From contig OZ024740.1 in assembly GCA_964016885.1 (NCBI GenBank), forward strand, positions 405,046,001 through 405,110,000: a stretch of DNA of 64,000 nucleotides. Direction: 5' to 3'. Positions 38,101 through 53,100 of the stretch are shown piece by piece. Below the pieces are notes generated by a model. It saw only the letters and a program-made list of their open reading frames with translations, did no database searches and had not been told where the DNA came from. The translations under genes were made by a program, and so were the position numbers. Numbering within the stretch: position 1 is the stretch's first letter; each line of letters begins with the position of its first letter. The stretch comes from Eledone cirrhosa. Lineage: Eukaryota.

Positions 38101-41100
38101 CCAGTAACATGTTGTCATTGATCAACATTATTTTACCTTGCTCCAGTCCACTCAGTTGATGATAATGAGGTTGAGTTCAGTTTCGAGTAACATGTTGTCA
38201 TTGATCAAGATTATTTTACCTTGCCCGAGTCCACTCAGTTGATGATAATGAGGTTGAGTTCAGTTTCCAGTAACATGTTGTCATTCATCAAGATTATTTT
38301 ACCTTGCTCCAGTCCACTCAGTTGATGATAATGAGGTTGAGTTCAGTTTCCAGTAACATGTTGTCATTGATCAAGATTATTTTACCTTGCTCCAGTCCAC
38401 TCAGTTGATGATAATGAGGTTGATTTCAGTTTCCAATAATATGTTTTCCTTGAGCAAGACACTTTATTTTATCTTGCTCCAGTCCACTCATTTGATGATA
38501 ATGAGGTTGAGTTTAGTTTCCAGTAACATGTTATCCTTGAGCAAGACACTTCATTTTATCTTGCTCCAGTCCACTCAGTTGATGATAATGAGGTTGAGTT
38601 CAGTTTCCAGTAACATGTTGTCATTGATCAAGATTATTTTACCTTGCTCCAGTCCACTCAGTTGATGATAATGAGGTTGAGTTCAGTTTCCAGTAACATG
38701 TTGTCATTGATCAAGATTCTATATTTTACCTTGCTCCAGTCCAGTTAGTTGATGATAATGAGGTTGAGTTCAGTTTCCAGTAACATGTTGTCCTTGAGCA
38801 AGACACTTTATTTTACCTTGCTCCAGTCCACTCAGTTGATGATAATAAAGTTGAGTTCATTTTCCAGTAACATGTTGTCATTGATCAAGATTATTCTACC
38901 TTGCTCCAGTCCACTCAGTTGATGATAATGAGGTTGAGTTCAGTTTCCAGTAACATGTTGTCATTGATCAATATTATTTTATCTTGCTCCAGTCCACTCA
39001 GTTGATGATAATGAAGTTGAGTTCAGTTACCAGTAACATGTTGTCATTATCAAGATTATTTTACCTTGCTCCAGTCCACTCAGTTGATGATAATGAGGTT
39101 AAGTTCAGTTTCCTGTAACATTGTAACATGTTGTCATTGATCAAGATTATTTTACCTTGCTCCAGTCCACTCAGTTGATGATAATGAGGTTGATTACAGT
39201 TTCCAGTAACATGTTGTCATTGATCAAGATTATTTCACCTTGCTCCAGTCCACTCAGTTGATGATAATGAGGTTGAGTTCAGTTTCCAGTAACATGTTGT
39301 CATTGATCAAGATTATTTTACCTGCTCCAGTCCACTCAGTTGATGATAATGAGCTTGAGTTCAGTTTCCAGTAACATGTTGTCTTTGACCAAGATTCTTT
39401 ATTTTACCTTGCTCCAGTCCACTCAGTTGATGATAATGAGGTTGAGTTCAGTTTCCAGTAACTTGTCATTGATCAAGATTATTTTACCTTCCTCCAGTCC
39501 ACTCAGTTGATGATAATGAGGTTGATTTCAGTTTCCAGTAACATGTTGTCCTTGAGCAAGAAACTTTATTTTACCTTGATCCAGTCCACTCAATTGATGA
39601 TAATGAAGTTGAGTTCAGTTTCCAGTAACATGTTGTCATTGATCAACATTATTTTACCTTCCTCCAGTCCACTCAGTTGATGATAATGAGGTTGATTTCA
39701 GTTTCCAGTAACATGTTGTCCTTGAGCAAGAAACTTTATTTTACCTTGATCCAGTCCACTAAGTTGATGATAATGAGGTTGATTTCAGTTTCCAGTAACA
39801 TGTTGTCCTTGAGCAAGACACTTTATTTACCTTGCTCCAGTCCACTCAGTTGATGATAATGAGGTTGAGTTCAGTTACAAGTAACATGTCATTGATCAAG
39901 ATTAGTTTACGTTGCTCCAGTCCACTCAGTTGATGATAATGAGGTTGAGTTCAGTTTCCAGTAACATGTCCTCATTGATCAAGATTATTTTACCTTGCCC
40001 GAGTCCACTCAGTTGATGATAATGAGGTTGAGTTCAGTTACAAGTAACATGTCATTGATCAAGATTATTTTACGTTGCTCCAGTCCATTCAGTTGATGAT
40101 AATGAGGTTGATTTCAGTTCCCAGTAACATGTTGTCCTTGAGCAAGAAACTTTATTTTACCTTGCTCCAGTCCACTCAGTTGATGATAATGAGGTTGAGT
40201 TCAGTTTCCAGTAACATGCTGTCATTGATCAAGATTATTTTACCTTCCTCCAGTCCACTCAGTTGATGATAATGAGGTTGATTTCAGTTTCCAGTAACAT
40301 GTTGTCCTTGAGCAAGAAACTTTATTTTACCTTGATCCAGTCCACTCAATTGATGATAATGAAGTTGAGTTCAGTTTCCAGTAACATGTTGTCATTGATC
40401 AACATTATTTTACCTTCCTCCAGTCCACTCAGTTGATGATAATGAGGTTGATTTCAGTTTCCAGTAACATGTTGTCCTTGAGCTAGACACTTTATTTTAC
40501 CTTGCTCCAGTCCACTCAGTTGATGATAATGAGGTTGAGTTCAGTTACAAGTAACATGTCATTGATCAAGATTAGTTTACGTTGCTCCAGTCCACTCAGT
40601 TGATGATAATGAGGTTGAGTTCAGTTTCCAGTAACATGTTCTCATTGATCAAGATTATTTTACGTTGCTCCAGTCCATTCAGTTGATGATAATGAGGTTG
40701 ATTTCAGTTCCCAGTAACATGTTGTCCTTGAGCAAGAAACTTTATTTTACCTTGCTCCAGTCCACTCAGTTGATGATAATGAGGTTGAGTTCAGTTTCCA
40801 GTAACATGTTGTCATTGATCAACATTATTTTACCTTCCTCCAGTTCACTCAGTTGATGATAATGAGGTTGAGTTCAGTTTCCTGTAACATGTTGTCATTG
40901 ATAAAGATTATTTTACCTTGCTCCAGTCCACTCAGTTGATGATAATGAGGTTGAGTTCAGTTTCCAGTAACATGTTGTCATTGATCAACATTATTTTACC
41001 TGGCTCCAGTCCACTCAGTTGATGATAATGAAGTTGAGTTCAGTTTCCAGTAACATGTTGTCATTGATCAATATTATTTTATCTTGCTCCAGTCCACTCA

Positions 41101-44100
41101 GTTGATGATAATGAAGTTGAGTTCAGTTACCAGTAACATGTTGTCATTATCAAGATTATTTTACCTTGCTCCAGTCCACTCAGTTGATGATAATGAGGTT
41201 AAGTTCAGTTTCCTGTAACATTGTAACATGTTGTCATTGATCAAGATTATTTTACCTTGCTCCAGTCCACTCAGTTGATGATAATGAGGTTGATTACAGT
41301 TTCCAGTAACATGTTGTCATTGATCAAGATTATTTCACCTTGCTCCAGTCCACTCAGTTGATGATAATGAGGTTGAGTTCAGTTTCCAGTAACATGTTGT
41401 CATTGATCAAGATTATTTTACCTGCTCCAGTCCACTCAGTTGATGATAATGAGCTTGAGTTCAGTTTCCAGTAACATGTTGTCTTTGACCAAGATTCTTT
41501 ATTTTACCTTGCTCCAGTCCACTCAGTTGATGATAATGAGGTTGAGTTCAGTTTCCAGTAACTTGTCATTGATCAAGATTATTTTACCTTCCTCCAGTCC
41601 ACTCAGTTGATGATAATGAGGTTGATTTCAGTTTCCAGTAACATGTTGTCCTTGAGCAAGAAACTTTATTTTACCTTGATCCAGTCCACTCAATTGATGA
41701 TAATGAAGTTGAGTTCAGTTTCCAGTAACATGTTGTCATTGATCAACATTATTTTACCTTCCTCCAGTCCACTCAGTTGATGATAATGAGGTTGATTTCA
41801 GTTTCCAGTAACATGTTGTCCTTGAGCAAGAAACTTTATTTTACCTTGATCCAGTCCACTAAGTTGATGATAATGAGGTTGATTTCAGTTTCCAGTAACA
41901 TGTTGTCCTTGAGCAAGACACTTTATTTACCTTGCTCCAGTCCACTCAGTTGATGATAATGAGGTTGAGTTCAGTTACAAGTAACATGTCATTGATCAAG
42001 ATTAGTTTACGTTGCTCCAGTCCACTCAGTTGATGATAATGAGGTTGAGTTCAGTTTCCAGTAACATGTCCTCATTGATCAAGATTATTTTACCTTGCCC
42101 GAGTCCACTCAGTTGATGATAATGAGGTTGAGTTCAGTTACAAGTAACATGTCATTGATCAAGATTATTTTACGTTGCTCCAGTCCATTCAGTTGATGAT
42201 AATGAGGTTGATTTCAGTTCCCAGTAACATGTTGTCCTTGAGCAAGAAACTTTATTTTACCTTGCTCCAGTCCACTCAGTTGATGATAATGAGGTTGAGT
42301 TCAGTTTCCAGTAACATGTTGTTATTGATAAAGATTATTTTACCTTGCTCCAGTCCACTCAGTTGATGATAATGATGTTGAGTTCAGTTTCCAGTAACAT
42401 GCTGTCATTGATCAAGATTATTTTACCTTCCTCCAGTCCACTCAGTTGATGATAATGAGGTTGATTTCAGTTTCCAGTAACATGTTGTCCTTGAGCAAGA
42501 AACTTTATTTTACCTTGATCCAGTCCACTCAATTGATGATAATGAAGTTGAGTTCAGTTTCCAGTAACATGTTGTCATTGATCAACATTATTTTACCTTC
42601 CTCCAGTCCACTCAGTTGATGATAATGAGGTTGATTTCAGTTTCCAGTAACATGTTGTCCTTGAGCTAGACACTTTATTTTACCTTGCTCCAGTCCACTC
42701 AGTTGATGATAATGAGGTTGAGTTCAGTTACAAGTAACATGTCATTGATCAAGATTAGTTTACGTTGCTCCAGTCCACTCAGTTGATGATAATGAGGTTG
42801 ATTTCAGTTCCCAGTAACATGTTGTCCTTGAGCAAGAAACTTTATTTTACCTTGCTCCAGTCCACTCAGTTGATGATAATGAGGTTGAGTTCAGTTTCCA
42901 GTAACATGTTGTCATTGATCAACATTATTTTACCTTCCTCCAGTTCACTCAGTTGATGATAATGAGGTTGAGTTCAGTTTCCTGTAACATGTTGTCATTG
43001 ATAAAGATTATTTTACCTTGCTCCAGTCCACTCAGTTGATGATAATGAGGTTGAGTTCAGTTTCCAGTAACATGTTGTCATTGATCAACATTATTTTACC
43101 TGGCTCCAGTCCACTCAGTTGATGATAATGAAGTTGAGTTCAGTTTCCAGTAACATGTTGTCATTGATCAACATTATTTTACCTTGCTCCAGTCCACTCA
43201 GTTGATGATAATGAGGTTGAGTTCAGTTTCCAGTAACATGTTGTCATTGATCAAGATTATTTTACCTTGCCCCAGTCCACTCAGTTGATGATAATGAGGT
43301 TGAGTTCAGTTTCCAGTAACATGTTGTCATTGATCAAGATTCTATATTTTACCTTGCCCCAGTCCACTCAGTTGATGATAATGAGGTTGAGTTAAGTTTC
43401 CAGTAACATGTTGTCATTGATCAAGATTATTTTACCTTGCTCCAGTCCACTCAGTTGATGATAATGAGGTTGAGTTCAGTTTCCAGTAACATGTTGTCAT
43501 TGATCAAGATTATTTTACCTTTCTCCAGTCCACTCAGTTGATGATAATGAGGTTCAGTTCAGTTTCCAGTAAGATGTTGTCATTCATCAAGATTATTTTC
43601 CCTTGCTCCAGTCCACTCAGTTGATGATAATGATGTTGAGTTCAGTTTCCAGTAACATGCTGTCATTGATCAAGATTATTTTACCTTCCTCCAGTCCACT
43701 CAGTTGATGATAATGAGGTTGATTTCAGTTTCCAGTAACATGTTGTCCTTGAGCAAGAAACTTTATTTTACCTTGATCCAGTCCACTCAATTGATGATAA
43801 TGAAGTTGAGTTCAGTTTCCAGTAACATGTTGTCATTGATCAACATTATTTTACCTTCCTCCAGTCCACTCAGTTGATGATAATGAGGTTGATTTCAGTT
43901 TCCAGTAACATGTTGTCCTTGAGCTAGACACTTTATTTTACCTTGCTCCAGTCCACTCAGTTGATGATAATGAGGTTGAGTTCAGTTACAAGTAACATGT
44001 CATTGATCAAGATTAGTTTACGTTGCTCCAGTCCACTCAGTTGATGATAATGAGGTTGAGTTCAGTTTCCAGTAACATGTTCTCATTGATCAAGATTATT

Positions 44101-47100
44101 TTACGTTGCTCCAGTCCATTCAGTTGATGATAATGAGGTTGATTTCAGTTCCCAGTAACATGTTGTCCTTGAGCAAGAAACTTTATTTTACCTTGCTCCA
44201 GTCCACTCAGTTGATGATAATGAGGTTGAGTTCAGTTTCCAGTAACATGTTGTCATTGATCAACATTATTTTACCTTCCTCCAGTTCACTCAGTTGATGA
44301 TAATGAGGTTGAGTTCAGTTTCCTGTAACATGTTGTCATTGATAAAGATTATTTTACCTTGCTCCAGTCCACTCAGTTGATGATAATGAGGTTGAGTTCA
44401 GTTTCCAGTAACATGTTGTCATTGATCAACATTATTTTACCTGGCTCCAGTCCACTCAGTTGATGATAATGAAGTTGAGTTCAGTTTCCAGTAACATGTT
44501 GTCATTGATCAACATTATTTTACCTTGCTCCAGTCCACTCAGTTGATGATAATGAGGTTGAGTTCAGTTTCCTGTAACATGTTGTCATTGATAAAGATTA
44601 TTTTACCTTGCTCCAGTCCACTCAGTTGATGATAATGAGGTTGAGTTCAGTTTCCAGTAACATGTTGTCATTGATCAAGATTATTTTACCTTGCCCCAGT
44701 CCACTCAGTTGATGATAATGAGGTTGAGTTCAGTTTCCAGTAACATGTTGTCATTGATCAAGATTCTATATTTTACCTTGCCCCAGTCCACTCAGTTGAT
44801 GATAATGAGGTTGAGTTAAGTTTCCAGTAACATGTTGTCATTGATCAAGATTATTTTACCTTGCTCCAGTCCACTCAGTTGATGATAATGAGGTTGAGTT
44901 CAGTTTCCAGTAACATGTTGTCATTGATCAAGATTATTTTACCTTTCTCCAGTCCACTCAGTTGATGATAATGAGGTTCAGTTCAGTTTCCAGTAAGATG
45001 TTGTCATTCATCAAGATTATTTTCCCTTGCTCCAGTCCACTCAGTTGATGATAATGAGCTTGAGTTCAGTTTCCAGTAACATGTTGTCTTTGATCAAGAT
45101 TATTTTACCTTGCTCCAGTCCACTCAGTTGATGATAATGAGGTTGAGTTCAGTTTCCAGTAACTTGTCATTGATCAACATTATTTTACCTTGATCCAGTC
45201 CACTCAGTTGATGATAATGAGGTTGAGTTCAGTTTCCAGTAACATGTTGTCATTGATCAAGATTCTTTATTTTACCTTGCTCCAGTCCAGTTAGTTGATG
45301 ATAATGAGGTTGAGTTCAGTTTCCAGTAACATGTTGTCATTGATCAACATTATTTTACCTTGCTCCAGTCCACTCAGTTGATGATAATGAGGTTGAGTTC
45401 AGTTTCGAGTAACATGTTTTCATTGATCAAGATTATTTTACCTTGCCCCAGTCCACTCAGTTGATGATAATGAGGTTCAGTTCAGTTTCCATTAACATGT
45501 TGTCATTGATCAAGATTATTTTACCTTGCTCCAGTCCACTCAGCTGATGATAATGAGGTTGAGTTCAGTTTCCAGTAACATGTTGTCATTGATCAAGATT
45601 ATTTTACGTTGCTCCAGTCCACTCAGTTGATGATAATGAGGTTGAGTTCAGTTTCCGGTAACATGTTGGCATTGATCAAGATTCTTTATTTTACCTTGCT
45701 CCAGTCCAGTTAGTTGATGATAATGAGGTTGAGTTCAGTTTCCAGTAACATGTTGTCATTAATCAACATTATTTTACCTTGCTCCAGTCCACTCAGTTGA
45801 TGATAATGAGGTTGAGTTCAGTTTCGAGTAACATGTTGTCATTGATCAAGATTATTTTACCTTGATCCAGTCCACTCACTGTATGATAATGAGGTTGAGT
45901 TCAGTTTCCAGTAACATGTTGTCATTGATCAAGATTCTTTATTTTACCTTGCTCCAGTGCAGTTAGTTGATGATAATGAGGTTGAGTTCAGTTTCCAGTA
46001 ACATGTTGTCATTGATCAACATTATTTTACCTTGCTCCAGTCCACTCAGTTGATGATAATGAGGTTGAGTTCAGTTTCGAGTAACATGTTGTCATTGATC
46101 AAGATTATTTTACCTTGCCCGAGTCCACTCAGTTGATGATAATGAGGTTGAGTTCAGTTTCCAGTAACATGTTGTCATTCATCAAGATTATTTTACCTTG
46201 CTCCAGTCCACTCAGTTGATGATAATGAGGTTGAGTTCAGTTTCCAGTAACATGTTGTCATTGATCAAGATTATTTTACCTTGCTCCAGTCCACTCAGTT
46301 GATGATAATGAGGTTGAGTTCAGTTTCCGGTAACATGTTGGCATTGATCAAGATTCTTTATTTTACCTTGCTCCAGTCCACTCAGTTGATGATAATGAGG
46401 TTGAGTTCAGTTTCCAGTAACATGTTGTCATTGATCAAGATTATTTTACCTTGCTCCAGTCCACTCAGTTGATGATAATGAGGTTGAGTTTAGTTTCCAG
46501 TAACATGTTGTCATTGATCAAGATTCTATATTTTACCTTGCTCCAGTCCAGTTAGTTGATGATAATGAGGTTGAGTTCAGTTTCCAGTAACATGTTGTCC
46601 TTGAGCAAGACACTTTATTTTACCTTGCTCCAGTCCACTCAGTTGATGATAATAAAGTTGAGTTCATTTTCCAGTAACATGTTGTCATTGATCAAGATTA
46701 TTCTACCTTGCTCCAGTCCACTCAGTTGATGATAATGAGGTTGAGTTCAGTTTCCAGTAACATGTTGTCATTGATCAATATTATTTTATCTTGCTCCAGT
46801 CCACTCAGTTGATGATAATGAAGTTGAGTTCAGTTACCAGTAACATGTTGTCATTATCAAGATTATTTTACCTTGCTCCAGTCCACTCAGTTGATGATAA
46901 TGAGGTTAAGTTCAGTTTCCTGTAACATTGTAACATGTTGTCATTGATCAAGATTATTTTACCTTGCTCAAGTCCACTCAGTTGATGATAATGAGGTTGA
47001 TTACAGTTTCCAGTAACATGTTGTCATTGATCAAGATTATTTCACCTTGCTCCAGTCCACTCAGTTGATGATAATGAGGTTGAGTTCAGTTTCCAGTAAC

Positions 47101-50100
47101 ATGTTGTCATTGATCAAGATTATTTTACCTGCTCCAGTCCACTCAGTTGATGATAATGAGCTTGAGTTCAGTTTCCAGTAACATGTTGTCTTTGACCAAG
47201 ATTCTTTATTTTACCTTGCTCCAGTCCACTCAGTTGATGATAATGAGGTTGAGTTCAGTTTCCAGTAACTTGTCATTGATCAACATTATTTTACCTTGAT
47301 CCAGTCCACTCAGTTGATGATAATGAGGTTGAGTTCAGTTTCCAGTAACATGTTGTCATTGACCAAGATTCTTTATTTTACCTTGCTCCAGTCCACTCAG
47401 TTGATGATAATGAGGTTGAGTTCAGTTTCCAGTAACTTGTCATTGATCAACATTATTTTACCTTGATCCAGTCCACTCAGTTGATGATAATAAGGTTGAG
47501 TTCAGTTTCCAGTAACATGTTGTCATTGACCAAGATTCTTTATTTTACCTTGCTCCAGTCCACTCAGTTGATGATAATGAGGTTGAGTTCAGTTTCCAGT
47601 AACTTGTCATTGATCAACATTATTTTACCTTGATCCAGTCCACTCAGTTGATGATAATGAGGTTGAGTTCAGTTTCCAGTAACATGTTGTCATTGACCAA
47701 GATTCTTTATTTTACCTTGCTCCAGTCCACTCAGTTGATGATAATGAGGTTGAGTTCAGTTTCCAGTAACTTGTCATTGATCAACATTATTTTACCTTGA
47801 TCCAGTCCACTCAGTTGATGATAATGAGGTTGATTTCAGTTCCCAGTAACATGTTGTCCTTGAGCAAGAAACTTTATTTTACCTTGCTCCAGTCCACTCA
47901 GTTGATGATAATGAGGTTGGGGTCAGTTTCCAGTACCATGTTGTCATTGATCAACATTATTTTACCTTCCTCCAGTTCACTCAGTTGATGATAATGAGGT
48001 TGAGTTCAGTTTCCTGTAACATGTTGTCATTGATAAAGATTATTTTACCTTGCTCCAGTCCACTCAGTTGATGATAATGAGGTTGAGTTCAGTTTCCAGT
48101 AACATGTTGTCATTGATCACATTATTTTACCTGGCTCCAGTCCACTCAGTTGATGATAATGAAGTTGAGTTCAGTTTCCAGTAACATGTTGTCATTGATC
48201 AACATTATTTTACCTTTCTCCAGTCCACTCAGTTGATGATAATGAGGTTGAGTTCAGTTTCCTGTAACATGTTGTCATTGATAAAGATTATTTTACCTTG
48301 CTCCAGTCCACTCAGTTGATGATAATGAGGTTGAGTTCAGTTTCCAGTAACATGTTGTCATTGATCAAGATTATTTTACCTTGCCCCAGTCCACTCAGTT
48401 GATGATAATGAGCTTGAGTTCAGTTTCCAGTAACATGTTGTCTTTGATCAAGATTATTTTACCTTGCTCCAGTCCACTCAGTTGATGATAATGAGGTTGA
48501 GTTCAGTTTCCAGTAACTTGTCATTGATCAACATTATTTTACCTTGATCCAGTCCACTCAGTTGATGATAATGAGGTTGAGTTCAGTTTCCAGTAACATG
48601 TTGTCATTGATCAAGATTCTTTATTTTACCTTGCTCCAGTCCAGTTAGTTGATGATAATGAGGTTGAGTTCAGTTTCCAGTAACATGTTGTCATTGATCA
48701 ACATTATTTTACCTTGCTCCAGTCCACTCAGTTGATGAAAATGAAGTTGAGTTCAGTTACCAGTAACATGTTGTCATTATCAAGATTATTTTACCTTGCT
48801 CCAGTCCACTCAGTTGATGATAATGAGGTTAAGTTCAGTTTCCTGTAACATTGTAACATGTTGTCATTGATCAAGATTATTTTACCTTGCTCCAGTCCAC
48901 TCAGTTGATGATAATGAGGTTGATTACAGTTTCCAGTAACATGTTGTCATTGATCAAGATTATTTTACCTTGCTCCAGTCCACTCAGTTGATGATAATGA
49001 GGTTGATTTCAGTTTCCAATAATATGTTGTCCTTGAGCAAGACACTTTATTTTATCTTGCTCCAGTCCACTCATTTGATGATAATGAGGTTGAGTTTAGT
49101 TTCCAGTAACATGTTATCCTTGAGCAAGACACTTCATTTTATCTTGCTCCAGTCCACTCAGTTGATGATAATGAGGTTGAGTTCAGTTTCCAGTAACATG
49201 TTGTCATTGATCAAGATTATTTTACCTTGCTCCAGTCCACTCAGTTGATGACAATGAGGTTGAGTTCAGTTTCCAGTAACATGTTGTCATTGATCAAGAT
49301 TCTATATTTTACCTTGCTCCAGTCCAGTTAGTTGATGATAATGAGGTTGAGTTCAGTTTCCAGTAACATGTTGTCCTTGAGCAAGACACTTTATTTTACC
49401 TTGCTCCAGTCCACTCAGTTGATGATAATGAGGTTGAGTTCATTTTCCAGTAACATGTTGTCATTGATCAAGATTATTTTACCTTGCCCCAGTCCACTCA
49501 GTTGATGATAATGATGTTGAGTTCAGTTTCCAGTAACATGTTTTTATTGATCAAGATTATTTTACCTTGCTCCAGTCCACTCAGTTGATGATAATAAAGT
49601 TGAGTTCATTTTCCAGTAACATGTTGTCATTGATCAAGATTATTCTACCTTGCTCCAGTCCACTCAGTTGATGATAATGAGGTTGAGTTCAGTTTCCAGT
49701 AACATGTTGTCATTGATCAATATTATTTTATCTTGCTCCAGTCCACTCAGTTGATGATAATGAAGTTGAGTTCAGTTACCAGTAACATGTTGTCATTATC
49801 AAGATTATTTTACCTTGCTCCAGTCCACTCAGTTGATGATAATGAGGTTAAGTTCAGTTTCCTGTAACATTGTAACATGTTGTCATTCATCAAGTTTATT
49901 TTACCTTGCTCCAGTCCACTCAGTTGATGATAATGAGGTTGATTACAGTTTCCAGTAACATGTTGTCATTGATCAAGATTATTTCACCTTGCTCCAGTCC
50001 ACTCAGTTGATGATAATGAGGTTGAGTTCAGTTTCCAGTAACATGTTGTCATTGATCAACATTATTTTACCTTGATCCAGTCCACTCAGTTGATGATAAT

Positions 50101-53100
50101 GAGGTTGAGTTCAGTTTCCTGTAACATGTTGTCATTGATAAAGATTATTTTACCTTGCTCCAGTCCACTCAGTTGATGATAATGAGGTTGAGTTCAGTTT
50201 CCAGTAACATGTTGTCATTGATCAACATTATTTTACCTTGCCCCAGTCCACTCAGTTGATGATAATGAGGTTGAGTTCAGTTTCCAGTAACATGTTGTCA
50301 TTGATCAAGATTATTTTACCTTGCCCCAGTCCACTCAGTTGATGATAATGAGGTTGAGTTAAGTTTCCAGTAACATGTTGTCATTCATCAAGATTATTTT
50401 CCCTTGCTCCAGTCCACTCAGTTGATGATAATGAGCTTGAGTTCAATTTCCAGTAACATGTTGTCTTTGATCAAGATTATTTTACCTTGCTCCAGTCCAC
50501 TCAGTTGATGATAATGAGGTTGAGTTCAGTTTCCAGTAACTTGTCATTGATCAACATTATTTTACCTTGATCCAGTCCACTCAGTTGATGATAATGAGGT
50601 TGAGTTCAGTTTCCAGTAACATGTTGTCATTGATCAAGATTCTTTATTTTACCTTGCTCCAGTCCAGTTAGTTGATGATAATGAGGTTGAGTTCAGTTTC
50701 CAGTAACATGTTGTCATTGATCAACATTATTTTACCTTGCTCCAGTCCACTCAGTTGATGAAAATGAAGTTGAGTTCAGTTACCAGTAACATGTTGTCAT
50801 TATCAAGATTATTTTACCTTGCTCCAGTCCACTCAGTTGATGATAATGAGGTTAAGTTCAGTTTCCTGTAACATTGTAACATGTTGTCATTGATCAAGAT
50901 TATTTTACCTTGCTCCAGTCCACTCAGTTGATGATAATGAGGTTGATTACAGTTTCCAGTAACATGTTGTCATTGATCAAGATTATTTTACCTTGCTCCA
51001 GTCCACTCAGTTGATGATAATGAGGTTGATTACAGTTTCCAGTAACATGTTGTCATTGATCAAGATTATTTTACCTTGCTCCAGTCCACTCAGTTGATGA
51101 TAATGAGGTTGATTTCAGTTTCCAATAATATGTTGTCCTTGAGCAAGACACTTTATTTTATCTTGCTCCAGTCCACTCATTTGATGATAATGAGGTTGAG
51201 TTTAGTTTCCAGTAACATGTTATCCTTGAGCAAGACACTTCATTTTATCTTGCTCCAGTCCACTCAGTTGATGATAATGAGGTTGAGTTCAGTTTCCAGT
51301 AACATGTTGTCATTGATCAAGATTATTTTACCTTGCTCCAGTCCACTCAGTTGATGACAATGAGGTTGAGTTCAGTTTCCAGTAACATGTTGTCATTGAT
51401 CAAGATTCTATATTTTACCTTGCTCCAGTCCAGTTAGTTGATGATAATGAGGTTGAGTTCAGTTTCCAGTAACATGTTGTCCTTGAGCAAGACACTTTAT
51501 TTTACCTTGCTCCAGTCCACTCAGTTGATGATAATGAGGTTGAGTTCAGTTTCCAGTAACATGTTGTCATTGATCAAGATTATTTTACCTTGCCCCAGTC
51601 CACTCAGTTGATGATAATGATGTTGAGTTCAGTTTCCAGTAACATGTTTTTATTGATCAAGATTATTTTACCTTGCTCCAGTCCACTCAGTTGATGATAA
51701 TAAAGTTGAGTTCATTTTCCAGTAACATGTTGTCATTGATCAAGATTATTCTACCTTGCTCCAGTCCACTCAGTTGATGATAATGAGGTTGAGTTCAGTT
51801 TCCAGTAACATGTTGTCATTGATCAATATTATTTTATCTTGCTCCAGTCCACTCAGTTGATGATAATGAAGTTGAGTTCAGTTACCAGTAACATGTTGTC
51901 ATTATCAAGATTATTTTACCTTGCTCCAGTCCACTCAGTTGATGATAATGAGGTTAAGTTCAGTTTCCTGTAACATTGTAACATGTTGTCATTGATCAAG
52001 TTTATTTTACCTTGCTCCAGTCCACTCAGTTGATGATAATGAGGTTGATTACAGTTTCCAGTAACATGTTGTCATTGATCAAGATTATTTCACCTTGCTC
52101 CAGTCCACTCAGTTGATGATAATGAGGTTGAGTTCAGTTTCCAGTAACATGTCATTGATCAAGATTCTATATTTTACCTTGCTCCAGTCCAGTTAGTTGA
52201 TGATAATGAGGTTGAGTTCAGTTTCCAGTAACATGTTGTCCTTGAGCAAGACACTTTATTTTACCTTGCTCCAGTCCACTCAGTTGATGATAATGAGGTT
52301 GAGTTCAGTTTCCAGTAACATGTTGTCATTGATCAAGATTATTTTACCTTGCCCCAGTCCACTCAGTTGATGATAATGATGTTGAGTTCAGTTTCCAGTA
52401 ACATGTTTTTATTGATCAAGATTATTTTACCTTGCTCCAGTCCACTCAGTTGATGATAATAAAGTTGAGTTCATTTTCCAGTAACATGTTGTCATTGATC
52501 AAGATTATTCTACCTTGCTCCAGTCCACTCAGTTGATGATAATGAGGTTGATTACAGTTTCCAGTAACATGTTGTCATTGATCAAGATTATTTTATCTTG
52601 CTCCAGTCCACTCAGTTGATGATAATGAAGTTGAGTTCAGTTACCAGTAACATGTTGTCATTATCAAGATTATTTTACCTTGCTCCAGTCCACTCAGTTG
52701 ATGATAATGAGGTTAAGTTCAGTTTCCTGTAACATTGTAACATGTTGTCATTGATCAAGTTTATTTTACCTTGCTCCAGTCCACTCAGTTGATGATAATG
52801 AGGTTGATTACAGTTTCCAGTAACATGTTGTCATTGATCAAGATTATTTCACCTTGCTCCAGTCCACTCAGTTGATGATAATGAGGTTGAGTTCAGTTTC
52901 CAGTAACATGTTGTCATTGATCAAGATTATTTTACCTGCTCCAGTCCACTCAGTTGATGATAATGAGCTTGAGTTCAGTTTCCAGTAACATGTTGTCATT
53001 GATCAACATTATTTTACCTTGATCCAGTCCACTCAGTTGATGATAATGAGGTTGAGTTCAGTTTCCAGTAACTTGTCATTGATCAACATTATTTTACCTT